From contig NC_087437.1 in assembly GCF_036321535.1 (NCBI RefSeq), positions 110,920,001 to 110,984,000 of the forward strand: 64,000 nucleotides of DNA, in the 5' to 3' direction. How positions within the stretch are numbered: the first letter of the stretch is position 1; each line of letters begins with the position of its first letter. Under the pieces are notes generated by a model, which had not been told where the DNA came from, did not search any database, and saw nothing but the letters and a program-made list of their open reading frames with translations. The stretch comes from Camelus dromedarius (lineage: Eukaryota). A program made the translations under genes and the position numbers. This document shows, piece after piece, positions 50,139 to 63,033 of the stretch.

Positions 50139-53100
50139 GGTGAAGATAGAGGCTGCTCACCCCCAGAACACAACAGGATTTGCCATCAGGAAAGTACTAT
50201 ACACAGTTATTTAAGACATAATCAGGGTGACAGTGTTGATCCTTGGGACTCAGGATTCCAGGGAGGCAAACTGGGGCACCTTTGAGAATGTCAAGTGATA
50301 GAATTAGGAAAGAGGCATGAGCAGGAGTAACCAGGGTACCCCAGAGATCCAAGGGCCTTACAGGCATGGAAAGGGACCCCATGGTTATCAGAATCTGAGG
50401 AGCTACAGTGTCATGATAAAGAACTTGCCACCACCCCAGGTTCCCACTTTCCAAGGACATCCTTGTGTGAAGAGGTTGAGATGCATATTTTGGAAAAAAA
50501 AAAAAAGAAATAAGAAGACCAAAGTTAACATATTAGTTGGGTCAGGCTCCTAGTAAGTCCAAAAAAAGCCAAAATGCACATCAGAAGGTCATGTCGAGGC
50601 CAAACCCACAGTTCTGAGCCTCTAAAACGCTGCCCTCAAGTCAACTGGGAACTAGCTAATGAGTTCTTGACTTGCCTAGACTTTCCTGCTAGAAATCTTT
50701 TGCCCGGAATTCAGCCAAACACTCCCCGCTCACCACAGGAGATACAGTTTGGTCAAAGAGATCTTGTCCTCAGAATCTGAGAAGCCCTGGGATGGTCAGG
50801 CTTTGGGGCTGGCATCCCTCCCTCACAGACCTGGGTGCGGGGCTCCAAGGTGGTTGCGAGAAAGGGGAGGCAAAGCAGACCACCTCTTGAGGGTCCCACA
50901 GACTCAACCTGCAGACCTCAGGCTCACTATCAGCCCCTTGTCTGAAAAGCGATCAGTGGGTGAAAAATCTCATCCACTCCATTTCCGTGGTCCTGGCAAC
51001 TCCAAAGCAAGGATCCCTAGGTCTGTGACTCACCTTGAGTGCCCTTCCCCCAGGCTGAGCTGGTGACTTTCCAGGGCTCATGATCACCTCGGTAGAGGAA
51101 ACCAGGAGCAGGAACTGGAGTTGATCTGTTTACAAGGTTAGCATCTCCCAACCCAGGAGCACAGCGGTTGGCTAAGCAGGAGACCAGCCATTACTAAGGC
51201 AGGGTATCCTGTCTCCTCCTTGACCACAGAGAAGTCTGGGATTTTTAAGGAAAAACAACTGACTCTTCTTTGTCTAATCTCCCATCCACTCCCTGCCCAT
51301 CCCAAGCCAAGCTTGGTCCCAGGTCCACTGTCTGCCAATCACGTATCTCCTCACACCCCTGTATACCTATACCCTCATCCTTTGGTCTTTAATAAAATCT
51401 TGCTCTAGGGGGCGGAAGCTGGAATTAAATAATGTAGGGGTGGGGGGGTTGGTTTGTTTTGGTTTTTAACCAAAGACACTTCCCTCTCCCTTTCATTTCT
51501 CCTCCTTCCTGAATTGAAAGTGGCCCAGCCAGAACACGTGTGGTACCTTTCATATTATACCGGTCTTGCTGGGCTCCAAAACGCTAGACCCCCCTCCCCG
51601 CAACTACACCCAGGTCTCTATTTACAGAAGGAAACTCTGTGACAGCACCGAGACTCAAAGGGCCTTGGCATCCTCGGAAACTGAGGATGCGCTCAACTGA
51701 AGGCGCCTTCCTCCCACAGAGGTCCGCACTGAATCATCGCTCTTTGTTCAACATCCTCTGGATGCACACAATTGATCGGCTCTTAGATCATGCCGCTATT
51801 TTTTGCTGTCGTTTCAATGAACTGAGACCCCACTTACAGCCAAATGCAAGCCTCCGAGCTCAGCCTCAGCTCAGCGAGAGAGGAATCTCTCTCCACCGAG
51901 CAAAAGAGCTCCAAGGCCTCCCAGAAGAACCTCCCGAGTCCAGGAGGACTCTCCATATCCACAGTCCAGGCCTTTATGAATTTCTTAATGAGGTCCCTGG
52001 AGACCACGGAACAGTGAAAGTCTTATGCTGGAGGGGTGTGGAGGTTGGGAAGGGGATGGAAGGGGAAAACTCTCCTAACTATTAATATTTTGTACCTTTT
52101 ACACTAGAGCATTGTTTCATTTTCAAAAAAACTCTGTTCCTGGCTGAATACTGCTTTATTTTTAAGTACCTCCTTTATTTAATTAAAAAAAATTTAATAA
52201 GAGATTTGGCCTACAATGAAGACAGAGAATTATTTTTAACACAGGAATTATGACTTATATAAAACTGAATATTTAAAGATGAAATGATCTGAAGTTTAGA
52301 ATTTTGAAAAGTGGAAAAACTTTGCTGGGGGCCTTGCAAATCTGTTTTCTCTGGTCCTATGTTGAGGGGGAAAAAATGAGGGGGACATACTCATAAATAT
52401 ACACTCTATTTGCTTAATTTAGAAAGGAAAATAAATAGTGTATATGCATGTATGTACACACACACACACACACATCCCCAGGGAAACAATACTTTAGATA
52501 CAGGAGTCCAAATGCCTGGACACAGTGAAAATAAGGATTTTGCTCAACCACAGCCTGAATCTGCAGTATTCAGGAATCCCACAGGACTCCCGGTACAAGG
52601 CCCACAGGAACCCCAGTTCTCTTTCTGCCTTCTCACCCTCACACCTCCTGTAGTCTCAGGCAGAAGCTCCCTGCCATCACTGACTTCTAAGTGAGGCCTG
52701 GACATGATTCCTGGGCTCTTACCTGCATTCCTCATTTGGGAAAGCAGAGACTTGAACCTGCATCCATTAAAGTTCTTTCTCACAAAATGCTTCCCTTTCA
52801 GGCTTAAGTAAGCAAGCTCCTCGCGGAAAGGAAAGGAGGTGTTAACATGCAAACCTAGCAGACCCCAGCAAAGCCTTGGGGGAGGAACTCCTGCCCAGGC
52901 GCTCCAGAATGCCTGGGGTTCCGTCTGCTGGCCCAATCTGCGGGAACGGGGGTCAGGGGACAGGGCCAGTACCACTTCTTTCTGGCTTTAGAGGGGGAGG
53001 GGAGGAGTGGGGAGAGACAACTGTGGGGTGGGGGGGGGGCAGTCTTTGTCCTGGCTCTTTAGATGCGCATTAGAGTGGAGTTAAATTGTCAGCTAATGAG

Positions 53101-54439
53101 ATTTCCTAACCACGTGCTCCCTTTCAAGTCTAGGCCCCCAACTGATTTGATCCCCAGACAGCAGCAGGGGGCAAAGCTGCCTTCAAGCATCCCTAAGGGC
53201 CAGAGAATTCCCAGAACAAGTGCAGGAAGGATCGGAATCCATTCTGGGAGTGGAATTTTAAATAGGTTATCACATTTATTCATTGGCATCTAGCAGTAAT
53301 GCTATCCGCCCCATAGCCCTCAGGAGTCAGCCTCCACTTGGGGTGACCCAGGCAGTCTCAGGGGAACAGAGGATATGGGGAACACTCCCTGTGGGCTTCT
53401 GCCCCCACTGGACAGACTACAAATCCCTCACCTAGTTTTCATGTGTTTATTTGTTTCCTTGCTTGCTTGCAGTGGTCAGTAAAGTCCCCTGGGGTCTACA
53501 TTCAAAGGATGTGTTAGTGGACCCAGCTCAGTAATTTGCCCCTGCAGGCAAAAGGGTGTCGAAGCAGTAAGCATTTGTTTTCCAATATCTTATTCTGTAG
53601 CCAAGCCTGAGATTGTCTTTTCCAAACTATTCATTCTTCTGATTATGGGTTATTGAGGAGCTTTTCTTGTTTTTGTTTTTGTTTTTCCTATAGAAAATTG
53701 GTTTCTCCCTTTGCCTGAAGGAAATTAGCAGCACTGAGCTGGTGCAGCAAAGGAAAAACAAGTCAAAACACATTGATGGCATTTTGAAGATATTCAGTGA
53801 AATCAATTCTCCTCTTCTACCTTCCCTTGTTAGTCAACAGCCTCCTCTTTAGGTATATTTCTCTTCTATTCAAAGATAATTACTTAGCAACTTCGGTGCT
53901 TACCACTCCAAGACAACCTCCCTGGCGGTGGGGTTCGAAAGATCATATTCTAGAAACCAGCGATTTACCAAACTTCTGCTACAAGGCACAGCTCAAATTT
54001 CACTTCTACCAGGAAGTGTTCCCTCCTTGCCTCCAGGTAACTCTTTGTTCAAACCTCCCTCCATCCGGGTATTATTCACTTTGCACAGCGGCCATTGGTT
54101 CACCGGCAACCGCCTCCCACCTGGACGAGGTTTCCTCCTCCAAACCCAGGCCCCGGTCTCAGCATAGCCTTAAGGAATAAGGAAGGAAGAAGAAACAACT
54201 AAAACCTAGTGGAAATTCAAATGCATAAAAAGGAGCTGTAAGCGATTAGATAAGTATAGTCAAACCTAAGGCCAAGTAAAACAAGCCCTGTTTGCAGCTG
54301 AAAACAGCAAACCTTCAGGCTTTTTAAAATAAAACTGGAGCTGGGAGAATGAAAAACCGCAGAAAGGGGAAGAGACGTTGGGGCCATCCTCTGGAACAGA
54401 GTCTCTCTAACAGGGAAACATTCCAGTGTTTCATATGCG

Positions 54440-54670
54440 GCTGTTACTATGCTAAGCAGTTGATTTATATTGTCCTTTCACCCTTACTCCCATCGGCACC
54501 CCCACAAATGGGGATACTCGTTATCCCCACTTTACAGATGCGGAAACTGAGACGCAGGGAGATTAAGCAGCTCGGCCCAGAAGAGATCACCCAGCTCGTG
54601 AGTGAAGCTGAGCAGGCACTGGAAGCCAGGTTTGTTTGACCTTAGCGCCCAGGCTCTCAACCTCTGCTCC
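54440..54670 (-). mobile_element. MIR SINE
   Basis: atccccactttacagatgcggaaactgagacgcag. Confidence 0.75.
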
Positions 54671-54699
54671 AGCTCAAACAAAGTGGGCGCCAAGTCAGC

Positions 54700-56700
54700 A
54701 CGCGTGGGTAACCCGATCCTGATCGCTCTGACTCAAGAATGTCCCACAGCTGCTCTGCGGGGCCGCGTGGGTACCACTGAAACAGGCAGAGACTGGCCAG
54801 CATCCCCAAGGGCTCGCGCACGTCCTCCAAGACTTACCAACACAGGAAAAGGCAGACTCAGAATCAACCTGGGCTGACTGGGGACAAGGCCAGAGGATGT
54901 TACTGGAAGGGAGGTGAGAGTGGCTCAGTCAGCACCCCGACGGCCGCCAATCTGAGAGGGCCTCTGAGTGGAGGGGGCCTGGAGGCACCGAGGGCAGCGG
55001 AGACTGGGCGCGAAGGCGCCGTCTGGGCGTCTTTTCCCTGCAGCATCACGCCAGGAGGCCCGGGGAGGGGGCGTCACCTGACAGCACGCACCAACTTCTC
55101 CCAGATTGGAGGGGGCGCGCGGCCGCGGCCGGGGCTGGGGGAGCGCAACGCGCAGCTCTCGCCCAATGGCTAGGTCTGTAAACAAAAGCGGGCCCCACGC
55201 GGGTCTCCCGCGGGGCGATGAACAGCTCGGCCCTGCAGCATCCGAGCCGCGGAGCCCACGAGAAAGGGAGGCGGGATTCAGATCCGGTGCGGGACCCAAC
55301 ACACGGCCCTCAGGACCCCGAGCCGGGACCAGTCATTGTCTGCGCGCGCGCAGGAGGCCGCTTTAAATGCCCTCTCCCAGGTCTGCCGCGGGTCTCTGGC
55401 CCTGTGTGCCGACCCCCGGGCTCTCCCCTCCGTGTGTCCTGTCCCGAGCGTGGTACCGATCGCCAAGGTGAGCGCCCAGGCAGCATCGCCGAAAACCCAG
55501 GCCTGGAGGTGCCCAAGTCAGGGATGGAGACACACAGACACACATGCAAGCACATGCACGCCCTCCCCGAAGTTGATAAAAAATCAGCCGACAAATACAA
55601 AGTATCGTGGCTACCGCGCGCGGGTCACGGCTGACCTCCTGCTGCCGGGAAGACCAAATGCCAACGCCTGGACACTGTCACTTCCATTCGGCGCCGGGCA
55701 CCCGGGCGCCACTGGCTCTCCTCTTCCCCGACTGCTCCCTCGAGCGAGAGATGTGTCCCCTTGCCTCCCCCCGCCAGCTCCCCACCTCCCAAGTGTGGAA
55801 ACGAGAAAACAATACGAGTAAAACCCAATCGGGGGGAGCTAGGACCCACCGGGAGCCCCAGTGTGCGGGAGACGGGGGTCAGGACGTGCCCGTCACGGAC
55901 AGAAGGGTTCCGGGCGTCCTCACCGCCGTCCCTCGGGGCGGCTCCGACCAGCCGGCCTGCGCTCCCTAGGCCACCCGTACTCACCCCCGACGCTAGTCCC
56001 GGATCTCCTCCACGGGGCCAGAAACAATGCGGGGCCGCCGGGCTCCAGGGGCTGCGGGCGCCGAAGCGTTCGCGGCGCTGCAGAGCTGAGCGCCCGACGG
56101 CGGCGGCGCTGCTCGGCCCGGCAGCGCTCCGGCCCGCTCGCCGTCTGCCAATGGGAGCTGTCAGGGTGCCTCGGCCGGCGGCCTCGGGGGCGGGGCCTAG
56201 GGAGCCCGTGGGAAACCGAGCTCTGATTGGGCCACCTGACAATCGCTCCGCCTCCGATCGACCAATCAGAGGTGGCGGATACAGGAGCGGGGCGTTCAGA
56301 GTTGGGCTCAAAAGTGACAACAGGCGCACGCTGGGTACACGGGCTGCATCCCGACCCTGGGCGCGCGGCTGAAGAGATGCCTGCACCACGCTCGCCGGGA
56401 CTGCTTTCCCACGAGGCTCCGGCGGAGCGGGCTGAGGAGAGCAGGGGCAGGCAGCTGAGGCGCGACAGACTGGGGAACAGCGAGGAAGCCCCTAACAAAG
56501 CAGCTCTGGGAGGGCCGAGCGGCCTCCGCCTCCTCCCGCAATAGGCCCGCGAAACTGCCTGTCACTGTGCATAGGTGGAGGTGGCCAATGACGTAGAGAG
56601 AAGGAGCTTGAGTTGGCGCGCGCGCGCGGCTCGGCATCAGTGGGATTGGTCGGAGGTAAAGGATTTTCCTGCCACCTAAGGCAGAGAGGAAAGGGGAACG
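54700..56700. promoter_or_regulatory. CpG-island promoter with many CCAAT boxes
   Basis: Very high GC and CpG density; CCAAT/ATTGG at 54947, 55105, 55163, 55825, 56148, 56226, 56262, 56585, 56645; GC box 56187-56195; GTAAACA at 55178. Confidence 0.9.
55985..56130 (-). other. Candidate non-coding first exon of the minus-strand gene (5' end approximate)
   Basis: Donor GGG|GTGAGT (intron starts at 55984); CCAAT and GC boxes lie immediately upstream at 56148-56266; no ATG in the segment. Confidence 0.6.
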
Positions 56701-58619
56701 GAACGGGGGAGGGGAAGACCGAAAAAAAAAAAAAAAAAAGTTGTACCTGAGACACGTGGTCTGGCTTTGGAGGCGTGTGCCTGACTCTAAGGGGAGACAG
56801 GAACTTTTACTAGGAAAAAAAAACGCTAACGTAATCCCTTCCTATGGATGCTGCTGGGGAGGAGGCGGGAGTGGGGACTGTGTTAGGCGCTAACCAAGCT
56901 CCAGGTCGGGCACGGTGGCCTTAACCGGATCCTGGGGAGTGCAAGACTCACCGGGCTGACTCACCTTGTACAGCAAGTACACTTGAAATCACAGTCTCAC
57001 ATTCACCTACTGGGCAGTACGCGACTCGTGCTAGGTTCACGTAGACCTCCCGGTTTCTTCTGTAAAATCTGGAAACGGATTTACCTTTCGCAAGGTTGTG
57101 AGGGACAAGGGACGCTGACAGGAGAGACTAATGAAATCTCTTCCCCACACCCGCCAGTGAGTCCCCCTCACCTTACGAGCTTTGGACACCACCTTTAAGA
57201 ACAAAGGCTGGGGTGAATATGCATTACAGCCTGACCTGGTGGACCCTTTCATCCTGAGGGGCTGGGGAGGCCTGAGCCATCCCAGAGTTATCTAGTTGAA
57301 AACAAAAGGAAACTGCAAAAAGAATTGCCTGTGTCAAAGAGGGTGAAACTAAACTGGAAAACGGAAAGTCACCCTTGACTTCTCCCTCCTCCTTCTCCCA
57401 TCTGTTCTAGCCTAACTCCCAAATCCATGCCCTCCTCCCAGTCCTCTCTCCCCAGGCCACATCAAAGGCCTCATCTCTTTCTATCCCAGGCCTCACCTCC
57501 TGAAACCTGCTCTCCACTTTGTGGAATCATCCTTCTAAACAGAAAAATCTCATTTTGCTCTCTCACTTCTGGGTCTCCTCCTTTGGCCCAGAACCCACCC
57601 CAGTCCTCCATCCCACCCCCAAACTTTCCCCTCACTTGACTAATTCCCACCCATTCTCCAGATTACAGCTTAGCAACCAACGCATTTGTGCAATAGACTC
57701 TTGCCAAACTCCAACTGCAGCAGACAGTCCTGTAGATGCTGAAAACCTCCTGTATCCAGTTAAGGTTATATACCCATATCTCCTCCCCACCATGATCCCA
57801 CCAACTCCTGTATTAAAGGAGGCTGCAATCCCAGTTAATTATGGTCTCCACCACCAGCACAGCACTCCACTGGATCCAGATCCTTAGCTATCTTGTTCTC
57901 TCCTGTATCCCAGCACCTAGCACAGTACTTGGTACATTTGGGGCACTCAAAAATATTTAAGCAATGAATTATAGAGGAGCAAAAAGAGAAGTAAGAGCTT
58001 TGAACATCTGAAGTGTTTCTAAAACATCAGTTTGAGAAGAATGGTTAGGATTGTAGACCTCTGGGTGATGTGTCCACCAAGTTCCATAATGGGTATGGCA
58101 GGAATGTTGAGTGAAGTTTGAGAGATTTTCCAAAAGACACTCTTTCAAAAAATGACCTCATCTCAGCCGAGACCTTGCCCATGCTTCTCAATGGAGAGCC
58201 ATTCCTTTGTGAAGCTTTTCATCCCAGGAGAAAGAGCAATTTCTTAACCTATTACAAGCCACCATCTTGGAAGGGGAATATATACGAAAAAAAAATACAC
58301 ACACACACACACACCCTTGTATCCTAACACTAAGACTGTTGCATGTCAGAGAAATAAATCTTTGTTTTATTATGCCTCTTATACTTGGGTCTCTGATACA
58401 GCAGCTGAAAATATATTTAAATAATATAGTGAGTTTCTGTTGCTTGCAAACCACCCCCCCCAAAAAAAATTATTCTTTCTCTCGCTCTCTGAGGGCTACT
58501 GCCATCATGGCCCTCCTTTTAAGGTGGTAACATTGTTGCAAGGTGAGCTTCAGATGAGTCCTCAGAGTGGCCATCTGATTGCCTTGGGCATAGCTCTTTC
58601 TGCTTCTAAGAAATCCAAA

Positions 58620-58950
58620 AAGCGCAGAACCCTGGAGTTAGACTGGCTGGGCTGAATCCAAACTCTACTGCTTTCCAGCTCCACAGCCTTGTGCAGGTTA
58701 CTTAATCTTGCATAAGCCTCACTTTCTCATTCTGTAAAACAAGAGTAATACCACCTAATCCATAAGGATGTTGAGAGGATTAAAAAGAGGTACCGCACAG
58801 CACATAATGTGCACTCATAAAAGTTAGCTATTGGGTTTAGCTAAGTTAGCTAAACTCTCTGAACCACAGTTGCCTCATCTTTAGAATGGGACAATAACAT
58901 TTCATTAAGTGGTTGAAAACCCTGAATGAGATGATAGAAGAGAAATGCTT
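58620..58950 (+). mobile_element. Two adjacent MIR fragments
   Basis: ttacttaatc...tctgtaaaac...gttagctatt, then ctctctgaaccacagttgcctcatctttagaatggg. Confidence 0.65.
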
Positions 58951-59867
58951 AGCCCTGCCCATGAAAGGGAAATGGGAATATAGGAAATACCCACAACCTC
59001 AACCCCACCCCCACCCCCGTGTGGTCCAACCCTGTCAATCATTCTCTCCCTGAGCCCCACCTACCTCAACCCATCTGGACTTTACCTCATAGAATCCGCC
59101 CAGGGCTGACTGAGGGAGGCTTTGTTCCCATAATCAAGGTGCTGCCACTGAAGTTAATGGAATTAGGCTGACCTAGCCTTTGGGTACATTTCTTGCCCTC
59201 GAAATCCTGAAAAGGTTCTACAGGTTTCTGTGCTGTTTCTCATCTCTGCTCAGCACGGAATGCTGCTGCTTCACGCGTGGCAAAGAGAACAGGGCATTTT
59301 GATTAAAACACAGACAAATGCCATCTGGCGTCCCATCTCCTGAGGGCACTGTTGACATCTAAAAAGAACATGCATTGGCATGAAAGGAAAAAATCGAGTG
59401 GTTAAAGGCAGAAATAAGGGTTTAGGATAGGAGAACCAGCAGAAATTATATTTCTAGTTCATGGCCCCAACTTCAACTATGAATCAACATTTTATTCCCC
59501 ATCAATTACTGAAAGCCTCACTAAACACCATCATAGCTAAGTCACAGCAAACGGCTCTCCTCACTTTCTCCTCCTACGAGGGATGAGCCCACACCTTCCT
59601 CTCTCACCCTGTGCAGCTTCTGTTCCTACCTGGTCTTCTATAGGGACAGATGCCCCCTGAGGGCAGGGCGGTGGTCTGTTTGGTTTCCAGCGTTAATCCT
59701 GCTGTCCAGAACCATGCTTAGCACATAGTAAGTATTCGGTAAAAATTTACAGGATGAATGAATCAGCCTCGTGTGTTCCCCACCGCTTATTTTCTTTTCT
59801 GTCATTTATTTGTGGGTGTCCTCTTTTAAGAAAGGACGTGAGGCAGCTTATTAAAAATACACCTATC

Positions 59868-60165
59868 CTCATCTACAAAACAGAAGCAGACTTGCAAACA
59901 TAGTAAACAATCTTATGGTTACAGGGAAAGGGGGTGGGAAGGGATAAATTTGGGAGTTGGAAATTTACAAATGTTAGCCACTATATATAGACATAGATTT
60001 TTAAAAAGTTTCTGCTGTATAGCACAGGGAACTATGTTCAATATCTTGTAATAACCTTTAGTAAAAAAATATGAAAACGAATATATGTATGTATATGAAT
60101 GACTGGGACATTGTGCTGCACACCAGAAATTGATGCATTGTAACTGACGGTACTTCAATTAAACA
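59868..60165 (+). mobile_element. L1 3' end fragment
   Basis: ctacaaaacagaagcagact...ccagaaattgatgcattgtaactgacggtacttcaa. Confidence 0.88.
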
Positions 60166-60884
60166 CACACACACATCTCCATCAGGGCTTCACTCATGCA
60201 GAGAGGGAAGCACTAGTGCACTTTGTCTCCATCTAAATTTAAGCTCCTTAAGGAGACACTTTACTCTCCAGGACCTTACACACTGTATGTGTTCCAGAAA
60301 TATTTACAGCAAAAGCACTCAGTGGTTGAGTTATCATTTACTCCGGACCCACCAGGAGAGAGATGAGAGCGATTTTCCAAAGCGGTTGTTGATGAGTTGA
60401 TGAGATGACTCTGATTCATCCCCGATCTCTTGCCAAGACCCTTCAATCCCATTACTCACCTCAAGGGTTAGTCGATGTGTGAGTTAAAACCTAGAATGAG
60501 AAAATTCTAGTTAGTCAGATCTTACCGGCAGAGACCTCTGTTTTTTACCTTCCTGGGCTTTTCTCTAACCACTTGGCCACATCACAAATGAATACCAAGA
60601 CCCTGACAGAGGTTCAGGGAAAGTGGAAACTCTGCCTTCTAGTTCCAGGAGGCCATTCCTGGGATGGTTTTCGTCTGAGGTTCACTCCTCTAGAACTTTC
60701 CTGTGTATTCTGAGAAACAGCTAGAAGACCACTTTTAAACCAAACCTGGCCTGGGTATTCATAACCACTACCCGCCCCCAACTTTGGACTACCACCCCAC
60801 CCTCAACCACAGAGGACAGCCTTAGTAACAGGATTCTGACTCTAGCCACCACTGCAACAGGAATGAAAAAAGACATAAGAAAAC

Positions 60885-61480
60885 AAAAACACTAACTCAA
60901 AAAGATACCTGCACCCCCATGTTCATTGCAGCATTATTTACCATAGCCAAGAAATGGAAACAACCTAAGTGTCCATCAATGGATAAATGGATAAAGAAAA
61001 GGTGGTAAAGATAGACAATAGAATATTATTCAGCAATAAAAAGAATGAAATCTTGCCATGAGGGACAACATGAATGGACCTTGAGAGTATTATGCTAAGT
61101 GAAATAAGTCAGACAAAGACAAATACTTTGACCTCTATGTCTAAAACACAAAACAAATGAACAAACAAAACAAAACAGAAGCAGACTCATAGATACAGAG
61201 AGCAAACATGTGGTTGCCAAAGAAAATAGGCTGGGCGAAGTAGGTAAAGAGGATTAAGATATACAAACTTCCAATTAAAAACTAAACAAATCATGGGGAT
61301 GTAATGTAAGGGAAAATAGTCAATAATATTGTAATAATTTTGTATGGTGACAGATGGTTACTAGACTTACCTGCTGATCAATTTGTATTGTATATAAATG
61401 CTGAATCACTATGTACACACCTGAAATTAATATAATATTGTATATCAACTATACTTCAATTAAAAAATTAAAAGGAAAAA
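60885..61480 (+). mobile_element. L1 3' fragment
   Basis: aaagatacctgcacccccatgttcattgcagc...tatatcaactatacttcaattaaaaaa. Confidence 0.9.
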
Positions 61481-61582
61481 ATAAAGTGATACAAACTGGT
61501 ATAATTTATAAGTATCTGTGGAATGACACACATAGTGGATTATGAACACATTATTTCATGAACAGTGGTAAAATGCCTTGTA

Positions 61583-61688
61583 GGAAGGAAAGAAAGAAAA
61601 AAGAAGGAAGGAAGGAAAGGAAGAAAGGAAGGAAGGAAGGAAGAAAGGAAGAAAGGAAGTGAGGGAGGAAGGAAGGAAGGAAGGAAGG
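61583..61688. repeat. (GGAA/GAAA)n microsatellite
   Basis: Directly visible. Confidence 0.95.
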
Positions 61689-61813
61689 GGACAAAAAGAG
61701 GCACAAATCAATACCCCAGCATTTCCATTTGGCTCCTGAGCTGACTCTCCTTCCCTTCCTTCCACCATATTGTTTCCAGCTCTGCCTACTTTCCTTCCTC
61801 CTTTCCCAACACC

Positions 61814-61985
61814 CAGGACCAGCTTCAAGAGCATCTGACCCATGAAATCCCACAGGGTCTCACACTCAGAAGGGCCCCATACTGGGTTTATTGCTCTGAT
61901 ATCGCTGTCTTTAAAACTCCTAATTTTTGAAAAAGGATCCTGAAAATTTCATTTGGCTCTGGGCCTCACAAATTAGCCTGTCCCT
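61814..61985 (+). mobile_element. MER53-like hAT element
   Basis: ctcagaagggcccc...tgctctg...ttttcatttggctctgggcctcacaaatta. Confidence 0.7.
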
Positions 61986-62311
61986 ACCACACCCTTTCGA
62001 CTCTGGTGTCTCATCCTTGGTCCTCCTGGCCCTCTAGTTTGTACCTTTCACACAGCAGGCACTCAGTACAACTAAATTAAGGGGTTACCTAATAAAGGTA
62101 AAATAGTATTTGTCCTTTACATACCAGAAAAGATGGGGTGAGGCCAGGTGTTCTGTAGAGGGAAGCCCTTGAGATCTTGGACATGCAGTGCGGCAGTGAA
62201 CACTGACCTTGTGATAGGACACACCTGGGTATTCTCACTAGAGAGTTCTAGGACGAGTAAGGACAACGCAGGGGCTATGAAGACCCCAGAGGAGGATTCA
62301 CACTCCCATCC

Positions 62312-62815
62312 TGTGAGGGTTCAATTTATGTGCCAACTTAGCTAGGCCATGGGGTGCCCAGACATTTGGTTAAACATTATTCTAGGTGTGTCTGTAAGGG
62401 TGTTTTTGGATGAGATTAATGTTTGAATCAGTGGACTGAGTAAAGTAGATAGCCCATACTAATGCAGGTGGGCCTTACTCAATCAGTTGAAGGCCTGGAT
62501 AAAACCAAAAGGTTGACCCTCCTGTTCCTCGTGCCTGAGGATGTGAGCTGGGACATCGGTCTTTTCCTGCCTTCAGACTCAAACTGAAATATCGGCCCTT
62601 CTTGGGTCCAAGCCTGCTGGAACTTCAGACTGAAACTTACACCATCGGCTCTCCTGGGTCTCCAGCTTGCCAATTACAGATCTTGGGACCCCTCAGCCTC
62701 CATAGTCACATGAACCAGTTTCTTATAATAAATCTCTTCATGTATCTATTTCTATCTCTATCTACATAAATATAGGTATCTTCTATCAGTTGGTTTCTTT
62801 GCAGAATCCTGACTA
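62312..62815 (+). mobile_element. ERVL LTR (MLT2-like), solo
   Basis: tgtgagggttcaatttatgtgccaactt...ggtgcccagacatttggttaaacattattct...cctgacta; probable TSD CATCC at 62307-62311 and 62816-62820. Confidence 0.88.
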
Positions 62816-62871
62816 CATCCATTCCGATAGTGTTTCTTACAACCATTCAACTATTCAGTGTTCCTCTACAG

Positions 62872-63033
62872 CCAGGCTACTCAAAGCACAGTCCACAGAC
62901 CAGCAGCAACACCACTGCCCAGTGTCAGAAATGCAGGGTCTCAGGGCGGCCCCAACCCAGACACACTGAACCTGGATCTCCATCACGGTAAAAGCTTCAG
63001 GTGATTCATCGGCACACAGTGTCTGAGAAGCAC
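62872..63033 (+). mobile_element. MER5A-like hAT element
   Basis: ctcaaag...agaccagcagca...agaaatgcag...caggtgattc...tgagaagcac. Confidence 0.7.

Noticed and set aside
25252..56130. Assigning a gene symbol to the minus-strand host gene
   Set aside because: I do not recognise either candidate exon with confidence; a BLAST search is needed.
54925..56755. Long overlapping ORFs (up to 254 aa) in the CpG island
   Set aside because: They are Arg/Gly/Pro/Ala-rich, overlap in several frames on both strands, and show no recognisable domain. This is expected from stop-codon scarcity in GC-rich DNA.
58835..58855. 21-nt near-perfect palindrome gtttagctaa-g-ttagctaaac
   Set aside because: It is short and AT-rich and sits at the junction of two MIR fragments; most likely a repair scar.
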